Source of the DNA: Octopus bimaculoides
Taxonomy: Eukaryota
Direction: 5' to 3'
DNA length: 64,000 nt
Assembly (NCBI RefSeq): GCF_001194135.2
Contig: NC_068983.1
Location: 118,665,077 to 118,729,076, forward strand
Part shown: positions 25,381-37,977 of the stretch, piece after piece
Numbering within the stretch: position 1 is the stretch's first letter
Layout of the letters: every line of letters starts with the position of its first letter
Program-made: the position numbers and the translations under genes
The notes under the pieces: generated by a model
Seen by the model: the letters and a program-made list of their open reading frames with translations, nothing else
What the model was told of the DNA's origin: nothing
Database searches by the model: none

Positions 25381-25680
25381 GGCTGTGTGGAGGCACAAGT
25401 GTGGCCCATGTGGTAAGAAGCTTACTTCACAACCACATGGTTCCAGGTTCAGTCCCACTGTGTGGCACCTTGGGCTGATCAAAGCTTTGCGAGTGGATTT
25501 GGTAGATGAAAACTGAAAGAAGCTCATCAATATATATATATATATTTATATATTTGAGTTAGTGTCTGTGTTTTTCCCTCCATCATTGCTTGACAACTGA
25601 TGTTGAGGTTTATTTCCCCGTAACTTAGTGGTTCAGTAAAAAACTCATAGAATTAGTACCAGGCTTATAAGGAATAAGTT
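25380..25680 (+). mobile_element. SINE family A
   Basis: Head and body match. Further minus-strand partial copies lie at ~25740-25850 and ~26110-26390. Confidence 0.75.
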
Positions 25681-25916
25681 CATCAGTTGTCCCCTGTTTT
25701 ATCTACTCCACGTTTCAAACGTAGGGATGGCTTATTTCATTTTCTGTATACCAAATCTACTCACAGGGCTTTGGTTGACTCAAGGTGCCATGTGGTGGGA
25801 CTGAACCTGGAGCCATGTGGTTGGGAATCAAACTTCTTACCACACAACCATGTCTGCTCCTGTATATTTGCTGAGCTTTTTCTCTCTTTCACCTCTTTCC
25901 ACTCTATTCGTTTCAG

Positions 25917-26011
25917 TCAATGTATTGCTGCTAAGCTGGGGCTCTGAAGAGTTTAGAACAGTCACAGATAAACTGCAGCCCATGGAGCTTTCTGAACGCT
26001 ACCTTCAATGA
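25917..26011 (+). CDS. Candidate terminal coding exon of an unidentified gene
   Basis: Long polypyrimidine acceptor ..CTCTATTCGTTTCAG, then (F)NVLLLSWGSEEFRTVTDKLQPMELSERYLQ*. Confidence 0.3.
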
Positions 26012-26657
26012 AAAATGACCTTGAACTGTATTTTAGTGTCTCATGAGCCGTGTCTGATGTGGTCCACTTCTTGAAAATGACTGCCCATACATGATTTAGT
26101 TCAACAAATTGACCCCAGTTACTTATTCTTTGTTTGGTAATTATTCTCTCAGTCTCTTATGCCAAACTGTTAAGTCATGGGGACATAAACAAACTAACAC
26201 TGGTTGTCAAGTAGTAGTGAGGATGAACACAAATACATGTGTGCATGCACACAGGCTTTTGCATAATTTCTATCCATTCACAAGGCACTGGTTGGAATGG
26301 GTCTGTTGTAGAAGTCACTGGCTGAAAATGCTGTACAGTGGGAGTGAACCTGAAATCATGTGATTGCAAAGAAAACTTAACATACAGCCATACTAATCCT
26401 TTCTGAATCTTGAACTTCAGTTATTTTTGTGCTACACAAGTGATAGATAAACACCCCCATGAATGTCAAACTGCTCTCTTACTTTTTGCTTTCTCTTCAT
26501 AAAGATTGCACTAGGGGATTGTAAGCTAAGAATCACATCAGATCCATAGAAACTACTGCCACTGCAGATATCAGTGAATTATTGCAGTTAGCATACATAA
26601 TTACAGACAAAAACAAGACTGCCAAATCTTTTTCAAATTTCACTTTACTATGATATT

Positions 26658-27080
26658 AGGCGCAGGAGTGGCTGTGTGGTAAGTAGCTTCCTTACCAACC
26701 ACATGGTTCCGGGTTCAGTTCCACTGCGTGGCACCTTGGGCAAGTGTCTTCTACTATAGCCTTGGGCCGACCAAAGCCTTGTGAGTGGATTTGGTAGACG
26801 GAAACTGAAAGAAGCATGTCGTATATATGTGTGTATATGTCATATATATGTGTGTGTATATGTTTGTGTGTCTGTGTTTGCCCCCCCAAGCATCGCTTGT
26901 CAACCGATGCTGGTGTGTTTACGTCCCCGTAACTTAGCGGTTTGGCAAAAGAGACTGATAGAATAAGTACTAGGCTTCCAAAGAATAAGTCCTGGGGTCG
27001 ATTTGCTCGACTAAAGGCAGTGCTCCAGCGTGGCCACAGTCAAAATGACTGAAACAAGTAAAAGAGTAAAGAGTAAGAGT
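26658..27080 (+). mobile_element. tRNA-derived SINE family A, best-preserved copy
   Basis: Head GGCGCAGGAGTGGCTGTGTGGTAAG..GGTTCCGGGTTCAGTTCCACTGCG with A/B-box-like motifs, internal (TA/TG)n and 3' GACTGAAACAAGTAAAAGAG tail. About 16 further copies occur in the window. Confidence 0.9.
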
Positions 27081-27344
27081 ATAAGGACAGAGCTCATTAA
27101 ATAATGTAGTTTAGAAATTCCTAAAAAAAAAAAAAAAATACAATTGGTCATGGCTGGAGTGCCTTTTATCATGGCTCTTTACAATCAGTGTTGATTTATG
27201 TAACAACAAAATGTAGGTGTTTAGTTTCTTGAATAGTTTCTAGAATACGAGAACCTAGTCATATTTGTATGTACACATAAACATATATATTTATATATAT
27301 ATATGAAAATATCATATACATATTGGTACAGGCATGGCTGTGTG

Positions 27345-27381
<37 letters not shown>

Positions 27382-27751
27382 NNNNNNNNNNGCAAAATAA
27401 AGCCCTATAAGGGTATATATATATAAATTCAGAAGAGTGGTGAACTTTCCTGCTGTAGACAACAGCTGAGGGTTTTGCAAATTCTTGCTAAACAACCTGC
27501 TCGGATGATTTGTTTATAGAGATCAAAATGTGCTGTACATTAGCTCACTCCTTCCATCAAATAGACATTCCCTGTACAGGTGCACAGTGTGCTTACATAT
27601 CAAACGTTGAAGTAACCACGGAGCAACGTGAAATGAAGTGTTCTACTGAAGAACACATTGCACTACTCAGTCTAAGAATTAAAACCCTGATCTCACTTAT
27701 GACTATGAGTGCAACACCATGCTTACGTTTATAGATACACATACATACCTA

Positions 27752-27797
<46 letters not shown>

Positions 27798-28012
27798 TAT
27801 TAGAGATAGTGGTGTCAATTAGACCCAGATGTTTCAGGTAATACTGAGTAAGTGCTATGGATAGACCACAGTTAAACTCCAGGTTTGGTGGTGATGTGAA
27901 TAAGGGGTCCAACGTAGGTCATATATATCAGCATGTGAATATAAGAATTTACTTTTCGTAATGAGATAAAAAAACTAAGGCTGTGTATAATATAGAACAT
28001 TTATAAATACAA

Positions 28013-28062
28013 TGTCTTACAGCTGTTCCCAGGATATTTATTATATCCCTTCATCGGAGACA
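28013..28062 (-). ncRNA. Degenerate minimal hammerhead-like motif
   Basis: Minus strand: TGTCT-CCGATGA-AGGGATAT-AATAA-ATATCCTG-GGAA-CAGCTGT-A-AGACA. Confidence 0.5.
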
Positions 28063-28698
28063 GTGTGAGAGGATGATTAAGTAATAGTTAGTTTATTAAA
28101 GATAAGAAATAGAGAGTGAATGTAGGGATGTTGTATTTTATAAATCCATTCTTTAAGCAGAATGTTATACATATAAGATTCCGATACCTTGTGAGTAAAA
28201 TCCAACTGTTTTTAAGATTGGTCGTTGCCTTTGTAAATCCATTATTAAGATTCCAATACCCTATGAGTAAAATCCAACAGTCTTTGAAATTGGTCATTTC
28301 AAAGACTGTTGGATTTTAAAAACTTCATATAATCAAGGTATCCTTGGCTTGAAGGGGAGCATGCGGTTTTACACCTCATTTGGATAATTACTACTTCCGA
28401 GGTTCCGCTAGCTATGAAACATATATATAGCTTGGATCTTTTCTACTGCACTCCCTATTTTTGGGATGTTTATTTACATATATATACAGCAACCCCAATT
28501 GCTAACTGCAAACCATAAAATAACCTTTTTTCAGCTTATCATACTTCGATACAGGAAAAATTCACAACCTTCTGCATCCATAAACTACAACTGTTCCTGA
28601 AAGTTGTTTTTTATATCTTCTACAGACTGCTTGAAGCTTACTAACTTACTATACCTTGATCCCGACATCTTACCTTTACACACACACATACGTTTATA

Positions 28699-28734
<36 letters not shown>

Positions 28735-28735
<1 letters not shown>

Positions 28736-28950
28736 GAGGAGGTGCTGAAAAGTTCCTGGCTTTGGTTAAAAGAAAATGCTGGAGGATCAGTCAATTATGA
28801 TTTTATTGAACGTATTCCCTTCTCACATTCACGCACTTATTGCAGGGGTCCTTCCTTTCGCAGCCTTGTAAAAGAAGTTGGAAGATTGGGCTTCCAGCTA
28901 GGCCTTTGGCGATACCCTTAAAGCCATGAATTTTTCATCACCCGCTCATG
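28735..28950 (-). mobile_element. Mariner terminal fragment inserted in (TA)n
   Basis: TA-TGAGGAGGTGCTGAAAAGTTCCTGGCTTT is a mariner-type TIR, followed by the reverse complement of a degraded transposase C-terminus. Confidence 0.7.
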
Positions 28951-30279
28951 TCTGTGTGTGTATGTGTGTGTGTTTGTCCTTTACCGCTTATAAAAAACAT
29001 GTATTGTGGTTGATTTTTTCCCAACTAAATCCTTTAAAGTGGTGCTCTAGTATGACTGTGGTCCAATGACTGAAACAAGTAAAATAGTATCATCACATTC
29101 CCATTTCTTCCTTTCCCACTTTCTTTTTTTGCTTGTCATTTTCATTTTCTTTAATTCTATTACCACTGATATCTTTTATCCATTTTCTGAAAATGCTCTT
29201 TTAGTACTTACAAAACTCTAGTCTGATTTTTCTCATCAAACGTTTCCACATTGCCATGAGAGGTATTTCTGAAGGCAATGTGGCGAAAAAAAAATTACTA
29301 AGGAATGAATGTAATCCAAATTATGGGGGGGGGGGGGAGAGAGAGAAAGGGGTATTAGAGAAGGGAGTATGTGGAAATAGATATAAGAAAGGAAAACAAG
29401 AGACCAAAAAAGAAAGAAAGGAAGAAAGCAAGAAAGAGAAAGGGAGAAAGAGTAAAGAAAACATTTGAAAAACCTTTCTTTCTGAATTATTCCTAAGAAA
29501 GCTGATTTCCAAGAGATTTGATTTGCCAGCTGCTGTTCTACTTTCTACTGTTCCCCTGCCCAAACTACCACCACTTTGCTCTTATCAAGAGGAATTCTAA
29601 CATCTTTAATGACCCTATTACTTTAGGTTCCACTTCATTTAGTTCATTTCTATAGACTTTATCTTGTTCACTAAATCCATGCTTGTAACAGTTTATTGAT
29701 TTCAAGTCTCAATAATAGACTAGCAAGATTCGATGGCAGATGGTTATACGTTATAAATTAAAGATGGCCAAACCACCTCTAACTTACTTACTTAGTTGAT
29801 AAATTCAGTTTTCTTATAAATATTGTTCATCAATAAAGTCAATGAATGAGGAGAGGAAAATTTTCAATGGAGCTGCTTATTTTAAAATCTAATTAAATTA
29901 AGACATCACAAAATGAAGAAAAAATTTCATATAGAAATTCTCTTAATATAACTTTAATAATTAAACTTTCATCTCTACTTTATATGAATTCAATTACATG
30001 TGTGTGCATGTGGGGGACTTGGTGTTTTTGTCTTTGATTGTTATCAGTAGATAAAGGGTGCCAGAAATAGTGTGTGACCTGTACATCTTAGGCCAGCATG
30101 GAGAATAGGTGTAAAATAATCATGGTGGTGGTGGTGGTGGTGGTGGTGGTGATGATGGTAGGTGAATGGTAGAACTAGTAAATGTAAAGCACCAAACAAA
30201 AATACCTTGCAGTATTTGGATATATCACTTTGTGTCTTGACTTCAAATCCCAGTCATTTTGTAGAGTGTTTATATATAC

Positions 30280-30830
30280 ATAGGCATGGCTGTGTGTTAA
30301 GCAGTTTGCTTCCCTACCACATGGTTCTGAATTTAATCCCGCTGCATGGCAACTTGGGCAAGTGTCTTCTACTATAGCCTTGAGCTGACCAAGGCCCTGT
30401 GAGTGGATTTGGTTGATAGAAATTGAAAGAAGCCTGTTGTACATATATATACACACATGTATATGATGATGTATATATATATATATATAGGCACAGGTGT
30501 GACTGTGTGGTAAGTAGCTTGCTTACCAACCACATGATTCTGTGTTCAGCCCCACTGCATGGCACCCTGGGCAAGTGTCTTCTACTATAGCCTCAGGCCA
30601 ACCTAAGCCTTGTGAGTGGATTTGGTAGATAGAAACTGAAAGACTGCTGTCGTATATATATATATATATAATATATATGTTTGTGTGTCTGTGTTTGTCC
30701 CCCCACCACCATCGCTTGACAACCAATGTTAGTGTGTACTAGGCTTACAGAGAATAAATCCTGGGGTTGATTTGTTCAACTAAAGGTGGTGCTCCAGCAT
30801 GGCCACAGTCAGATGACTGACATTAGTAAA
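30280..30830 (+). mobile_element. Two tandem SINE family A copies
   Basis: Heads at ~30283 and ~30492, separated by (TA)n. Confidence 0.8.
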
Positions 30831-30874
30831 AGAATATATATATACCTAATTCATGCAAGCATGGGAAATTGGGC

Positions 30875-31313
30875 TTAACCCTTTTGATACCATATTTGCT
30901 TGGGGCCATCACTGGTTCTATAACAAACTTCCAGGTTTAATCCTCCTGACCATATCTGGGTCAAATATTCCACCTGTTTTAAGTTCAAACCAACCAGATC
31001 CAGCCTCTCACACCTACCCTACAATGTTATTTCAAAAATAAACAATAAAATCATTGAACTTTCAAAGCTACAAGATAATGCAGGATAAATCAAAAATAAA
31101 TGTGTATAAATAAGCATCATACATTGACAGAGTAATGTGAATGCTAAAGTGCTAAAGTGATCTAAATCAAAACCTTCTGTCAAAATTCAAGTTACTATAT
31201 GTTCCAAGCACTAAATAAAGACAAAGTTATTTTACTAATTCTTCATTATTTTCGAAATGAATTAACACAAAGACAGAATATTTGAATAGAAATATGATAA
31301 TGAAAGGGTTCAA
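30875..31313. mobile_element. Longer member of the TTAA-flanked MITE family (reverse orientation)
   Basis: TTAACCCTTTTGATACC ... TGAAAGGGTTCAA; contains the reverse complement of the 9251-9521 core. Confidence 0.65.
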
Positions 31314-31995
31314 AATGATGATGGTGATGGTGATTTCTTTCTATCATCACTTTTTCCATCACGCTGTTCCTGCTGTTGCTCTATAGAACCTCATTACCAA
31401 CAATCACTGTATAGCTGTCTGTCATTCTCACTTACCCTTTACTCTCTCTTCTGTCATACTGATGTTATTTCCTTATTCTCTCTTCTATCACCCTCTTACT
31501 TTGGTTATCTTTCATCACTCTTTCTTTCAACTGCTGGAGATAAAACAACCTTAGGAAAAGACAACCACTCTAGTATTCTGATACATATTGTAAAGTAGTT
31601 GGTGAAAGGAAGAACATTCAGTCATAGATAATATGATAAAAATGGACTATATTACTGCGATGTAATAAGAAGAGAGCAGTTATTCTGAATAAGAACAGAT
31701 TCACCCAGTGACAACTTGTTCAACACATGCCAGCAATTTCACCCACAAGCTTATGATATAATATATATATCATAGGCTTGTGAGTGAAATTGCATACATG
31801 TAAACTATATGGCAGCCCAGTGAATAGATTGTGCTTGTAATTGAAAGGAACAACCTTGTCACACTCTATGTCACACTGATTCTGCTTGAGAATTATATTA
31901 AGGGAACATGCATCAGTAAAATAATCAGCCACTTCATACTAAATCAATGAAGAGATAATTCAGCTTAGTGAAGAAATGAATACTCAGTCAGAACT

Positions 31996-33064
31996 GGCAG
32001 TCTACCACGGTGTCAAACATTATAGCCAGGGTTATCTACCTTATCTTTCAGATATTAAAAAAACTTCAGATATTTCAGAGATAAAACACTTCATACATTA
32101 TAAAGGAATTACACAAATAAGAAGAATCGAATCTTATATTATATGATAAAGAAATTACACAGATAAATCAAGGCAATCCATTTTAATGATAAACACTTTT
32201 TATGTCATTAAGGAATGATACAAATAAATCATCTGAGTCTTTCCTCATCATCTTCCAGCAGAAATTATCAAGATGTGACTGGAAAAACTCAGCACCAATG
32301 CTTCTCATTTTTTCATAATCATAGTTTTAGCATCTAACCATGATTGCTCAATAGCCTGAGTGTGTGCTCCAGTCACTGGATCCACATAGTGCTGTTGATG
32401 GTTCACTGTCAAATGGTGATAACCTATGACATTTAGATTATTATAAGTGTGCCACTCATCTGAATGAATTACTGAACCTTTTACACATTCTCTCAGACTA
32501 TTCCCGTCATGCGATTCTACACAAAAGTATCAACAGTCTGAACCTTGTTTGAAACCAAGGCCCCATGGCCCATCAATTCTAGGTCCATGGTTCCTGTTGT
32601 TTTGTTGTTCTGCGTCACTGTCTTTGAAGAGAGGAACATTCTCGCTATTCAGCATTCTTTCTCAATTGTATTTTTGTTGACCACCAAATCTTACTTCATC
32701 GATTTGAATGGGGTTATCGTTTGTTCCAACCATCTTCCCTTAATGTTCATGATAAACTATGGCTCCACACACCTCGTGGCACTTATTGTACCAGTCAGTT
32801 ATTGTATTTTTAGATTTTCCTGTTAGAGTCACTGCTGTGGTTATGGGTGTATCCATGACAAAGCAAAATATTAGCTCTAAAATCTCACTAAAGTTCAGCT
32901 TGCAGTTTAATTTGTTGTTAATATCCATATAATGGAAATTTGTATAAAAATCTTTCAGTGACATTTCAATGTAAGGTAAACTGCAAGTGAAAAGGTGAGG
33001 TGATAACGAGTAGTTTTTAAGGTAGATAACCCTGGCTATACTGTTTGACACTGTGGTAGACAGC
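31996..33064 (-). mobile_element. Merlin (IS1595/ISXO2-like) DNA transposon, internally deleted, with ~46-bp TIRs
   Basis: TIRs GGCAGTCTACCACGGTGTCAAACATTATAGCCAGGGTTATCTACCTTA (31996-32043) and its inverse (33018-33064). Minus strand: ITDWYNKCHEVC..IQIDEVRFGG..IDGPW..VIHSDEWHTYNNL..GYHHLTVNHQQHYVDPVTGAHTQAIEQSWLDAK..LFVSFLNDIKSVYH* (stop 32183-32185), with several stops and frameshifts. Confidence 0.93.
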
Positions 33065-33124
33065 ATACTATACTAGAACCGATCAATCTATCTATACACA
33101 CACACCCATGCACAATATTTATTC

Positions 33125-33317
33125 TTTTACTTGTTTTAGTCATTAGACTGCAGCCATGCTGGGGCACTGTTTTGAGGAATTTTAGTCAAACTAATCAACC
33201 CCAGCACATATTTTCTATTTAAGCCTGGTACTTATTCTATCAGTTTCTTTTGCCAAACTGTTAAGTTACAGGGGATGTAAACACTCCAACCAATGGTTGT
33301 CAAGCAGTAGTGTGGGA

Positions 33318-33363
<46 letters not shown>

Positions 33364-33495
33364 ACAGACTTCTTTTAGTTTCTGTCAACCAAATCCACTC
33401 ACAAGGCTTTGGTTAGCCTGAGGCTAAAGTTGGTGCCACACTGGGACTGAACACAGAGCCATGTGATTGGGAAGCAACCTTCTTACCACAGAGCA
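33125..33495 (-). mobile_element. SINE family A
   Basis: Reverse complement of the family consensus. Confidence 0.75.
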
Positions 33496-33632
33496 TGTAT
33501 ATATATATATACATATATATNNNNNNNNNNNNNNNNNNNNNNNNNNNNNNNNNNNNNNNNNNNNNNNNNNNNNNNNNNNNNNNNNNNNNNNNNNNNNNNN
33601 NNNNNNNNNNNNNNNNNNNNNNNNNNNNNNNN

Positions 33633-33658
<26 letters not shown>

Positions 33659-33663
<5 letters not shown>

Positions 33664-34003
33664 TCATCATCATCGTTTAATGTCTGCTTTCCATGCTACC
33701 ATGGGTTGGACGATTTGATTGAGGGCTGGTGAACCAGATGGCTACACCAGGCTCCAATCTGATTTGGCAGAGTTTCTACAGCTGGATGCCCTTCCTAACG
33801 CCAACCACTCCGTGAGTGTAGTGGGTGCTTTTATGTGTCACCTGCACAGAAGCCAGACAGCTGGTGCTCTGGCAACGATCATGTTCGGACGGTGCTCTTA
33901 GTGATCTACTGGTACTGGTGCCATCACGATTTTGCTTTCGCTTGCCCCAACAGGTCTTCGCAAGCTGAGTTTAGTGTTGAATGAAGAGACGTTGGCATGA
34001 GTG
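33659..34003 (-). mobile_element. RTE 3' UTR/tail fragment
   Basis: Closely matches 14090-14630 (CATCATCATCGTTTAATGTCTGCTTTCCATGCTACCATGGGTTGGACG..CAACAGGTCTTCGCAAGC) but lacks part of the internal repeated UTR segment. Confidence 0.9.
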
Positions 34004-34014
34004 ATACACATACA

Positions 34015-34325
34015 CAGGGCCGGATTAAGAGCCATAGAGGCCCTAAGCACTTAAAAAAGATTTTGGTGACCCCCATATGTAATTCAAAATATAAACAATA
34101 ATAAACTATAAAATTTTCTCAAAATGAAGTAAAACCAACAGAAATATGAAAAATAATGTTTTATCTTAACACCTGAACACTTTTTGATTATATTTCTGAT
34201 TATATAAACAACTTTGAATATTACTTTACCAAGTTTAAAGGGATTTTTATTTACCATTTCTGTGGTTCTCTCCTTCCCTTGATGCCCTAAGCACATGCTT
34301 ATTTTGCTCAATGGCTAATCCAGCG

Positions 34326-34328
<3 letters not shown>
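34015..34328. mobile_element. hAT-like MITE (CAGGGCCGGATT..AATCCAGCGCTG)
   Basis: Imperfect ~15-bp TIRs with internal GCCCTAAGCAC motifs near both ends. The TSD is obscured by CA/TG repeats. Confidence 0.5.
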
Positions 34329-34357
<29 letters not shown>

Positions 34358-34769
34358 ATGCGTGCATGCGTGTGTGTGTGTGTGCTGTGCTGGTTTACTG
34401 GCAGAATGTATTTGTTTGCAATTTGGTGCAGTGGAAACGACCCCATCAAAGTGCTGGGTGTTAAAGCAACTAAAAGTCATAGATAGGTGAGACACCTCAC
34501 CCCAAATCCCATTCAGGAGCAATGGACATCAGTGTTTCACCAATTTTGTGGCTTATCAACATCATGTACATGAAACGAATTGGAGGCAAACTGAATTGTC
34601 AGACCATGGCTATATGTAATTGTTTCCTTTTATGTCAAGCTATAATACAAACAATTTTACTTGAAACTGTAGGAGTACTCAATACATTTTGTAGAGTACA
34701 TCACTAGATGAAGGCTAGCAAACTGAAACTTTGTAACCATTGTCACCACTCTTCATGTACAGAGTGTAT

Positions 34770-34935
34770 TGGGTGCCACATAAAAAGCACCCAGTACACT
34801 CTGTAAAGGGTTGATGCTAGGATAGGCATCGAGCCATAGAAACCATGCCAAAACAGACTATTGGAATCTGGGCAGCTCCTGTCAAACCATCCAAACCATA
34901 CCAGCATGGGAAACAGATGTTAAATGATGATGATA
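34770..34935 (+). mobile_element. Degenerate RTE-tail-related element
   Basis: GTGCCACATAAAAAGCACCC..ACCAGCATGGGAAACAGATGTTAAATGATGATGAT is the reverse complement of the RTE 3' end seen at 14090-14260. Confidence 0.6.
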
Positions 34936-35224
34936 ATAACATACACACACCCATCCACACATACAACAGGTTCTTTTTTTTTCCCCATTAGGTCCCTCAA
35001 ATCTACTCACAAGATTTTTGTTGGCCCAAAGCTACATAGTAGATGACACTTACCCAAGGTGTCACCCAATGGCATTGAACCTCAAGTTACATGGTTTGGA
35101 AGTAACCTTTTAATCACACAGATATACTTATATATAAATTATATATATNNNNNNNNNNNNNNNNNNNNNNNNNNNNNNNNNNNNNNNNNNNNNNNNNNNN
35201 NTATATATATATATATATATATTC

Positions 35225-35640
35225 TTTTACTTGATTCAGTCATTTGACTGCAGCTATGGTGAGGGAGCACCTTGAAGGGCTTTAGTCAAATAAATTGACC
35301 CAAGACTTTTTTTTTTTTCTTTAAGCCTGGTACTTTATCGGTCTCTCTTTGCAGAACTGCTAAGTTACAAGGATATAAACGCACAAACACTGGTTGTCAA
35401 GTGGTGATGGGGGAGGGGGAATACAGACACAAAGACATGCACACATAAATATACACACACACACATATATACATATATATATATGATGGACTTCTTACAA
35501 TTTCTGTCTCCTAAATCTACTCACAAGGCTTTGGTTGGCCTGAGGCTATAGCAGAAGGCACTTGCCCAAGGTGCCATGCAGCAGGACTGAACCTAGAACC
35601 ATGTGCTTGGGGAGCAAGCTTCTTACCACATAGCCACACC
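35225..35640 (-). mobile_element. SINE family A
   Basis: Reverse complement of the family consensus. Confidence 0.75.
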
Positions 35641-36025
35641 TATATATATGGTGTATTAATTTGTTTGTACCATAGTGTATTTTTTTCATAAAAAGATATG
35701 ATTCAAAATGTCTTTTCAGTGTTAAAGTATCAAAATATAAAGTTTAACTTCAAAATGTTAAACAAATATTTATTTGTCCTTCAAGAAAATATGTCAGGAC
35801 TTATATGGCATAAGTTTAGAAATTTTTTGACGAAGTCTTCTATTCCAGCCAGTCAGCCACCCACCTCCCACATACTTCACCATTATCTTTTAATAAAAAT
35901 AGATAAACCTATCACTTACTATTAATATTTAATTTATCAACTCCATAGGGATAAATGCAAAAAACTTGACATGTCAAAATTTGAACTAAAAAAAAATCTG
36001 AAGAACTCAAAAAGATTATATCATA

Positions 36026-36247
36026 TTAACCGTTTAGCATTGTGATTACTCTGAAACATGTTTATTTATTCACATTGTTTTAAATAATCTTGTATTATCT
36101 TGTGACTTTGAGATTTTGATGATGTGATTGTTTACTTTTAGAATGACATCGTAAGGTAGGTGCGAGAGATCAAGTACGGCTGGTTTGAACATTAAACAGG
36201 TAGAATGTTTTAGTCAGATATAACTGGTTAAAATGCAAAAGGTTTAA
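36026..36247. mobile_element. piggyBac-like MITE copy
   Basis: TTAACCGTTTAGCATT ... AATGCAAAAGGTTTAA. Confidence 0.7.
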
Positions 36248-37977
36248 GAAAAATATCCCTTTGTTTCACATTATCATGTTTGTACTGCAGAACTTTTTGA
36301 TGGGGTATTCAAATGGATAAATTCCAACGACTGGAATACTTTATTCTACATTGTTGTGGTTTGTAGTTAATTACCAAGATCATTAGGCTATGTTTTGTTA
36401 TGACCCTTCACATGCTGAACTCTTTGACTTCCTTCTTTCTGGTGTTGATAAAATAAAGTACCAGCAATGTACTATGGTTTATATTCTTATTATAATATGT
36501 CATAGATGTGAATGGACTTATAATAAAAGTCCTAAGTACCAAGTTATTTGGGTGGGATTAGTATGTCTGTGATAGGCTAGGGAGATTTAACTCTCAACCA
36601 CTTCACATTCTAAAATCAGAGCTAAGTACCAGCTATCAAAAACCCTTTCAGGATCTATCTAGGGGACAATTATAATTTGTTATAGTCTTCCCTACATACA
36701 TCATGCACAATTTCTAAATGGTCAGTTAACCTACTAAAATTAACAGCCAAATCTCCCTCAAGTACATTCTACTGTCTGAACAGAGCATAACACATTTCTT
36801 AAGGTAGTCTTGGATACACAGTCTAAAAATAAGTTGGAATGGCCATAGTTGAAATGTCTTTCATCGTGAATCTGCTAAGCAATAATAGATCTTGTCTTTT
36901 AAATGAGCCCTAATATTTTAAAATCTGAATTGTAGGACTGAATTCCTCACAATAAGGGCAGGATGGTCATATTAACAACACTGGTTATACAATGAAGTTG
37001 AGTCAACCAGACACCTTTACTTGTGGGTTTCAAAAGCTCCATATCCTAGTTATCAACATGGTATCAATATGTTACTCTGACCATAGAAGTTGTGTTCAGC
37101 TGGAGAATGGCTACAGTTTTATATGGTTTATTATCTGGAATCGTTCCAAATTGTCTTTCTGAATCAATATATTGAACTTTTCAACTGGAACTTACAATCA
37201 AGTGGTTTAAAACAATTAAGAACCCTTGAAATTTTTTGTAGATTATTTCAAAAGTTACATGTCTTTTACCTTTTTATTGCTTGGTCAGGAGGAAAGAACA
37301 GTGTCAGTGACCCTTTACTGAGTCATCAAAGGACAGTAGAAGGTATCCTCAAACCAGAAACCTGGCTCGAATACGTTCAAGCAGAGTGGACTTTACTGAA
37401 GGTTCCTTAGTACCAGGTGTTGCGTCAAAGTCTATGTCTAGACAAAGTTACTACTTGATCAGGAGAATGAACCAAGGCAGTATCAACAGCCCTGTAGAGA
37501 GCCTCCAAGAGGAAAGGCTATGTAAAGGATCACGAGGACTTCTCCAGCCAAAAATGCAAAAATTTGGAACACCTATAGCATGGCATTTCATCTGATTCCT
37601 TAATGTTTCTCTCAGTCCACCGTTCCAGAGCTGTACACTATTCATTGATACTGGAAAGATGAAAGGCAGATTTGACCTTAATAGGATCTGAACTCAGAAT
37701 GTAAGGTATCAAAATGAATATCGCAAGACATTTCAAAACACTCTAATGAATGCCAATGAAGTAAAGAGTGAATTTTTAAAAACATTTTTTACCTGAAAAC
37801 TTTTTGCTATAAAATAAGAAAGATAGCTTCTCAACTGTTGGTGCATATATCTTACTGTACTGGAAGATACAAATGCAGCAATAAGTTTATTATTACAAGT
37901 TAATTAGAGACTTTCTATGGCAGAGGTTATTAACCTGTTTTCAATTTCCCATCAACTTCCTTCCGTTAAAAGATTAC

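Noticed and set aside
24910-25530. CVCV/YIYI/HTHT ORFs
   Set aside because: Dinucleotide microsatellite translations plus SINE sequence.
31996-33064. Bacterial IS1595 contamination or recent horizontal transfer
   Set aside because: The element is decayed and embedded among host SINEs and microsatellites, consistent with an ordinary eukaryotic Merlin.
34704-34740. CTAGATGA..GAAAC motif
   Set aside because: Core disrupted and stems not formed; at most a very decayed PLE end.
37000-37650. Overlapping 60-106 aa ORFs
   Set aside because: No motif recognised; probably an old LINE relic or chance ORFs.
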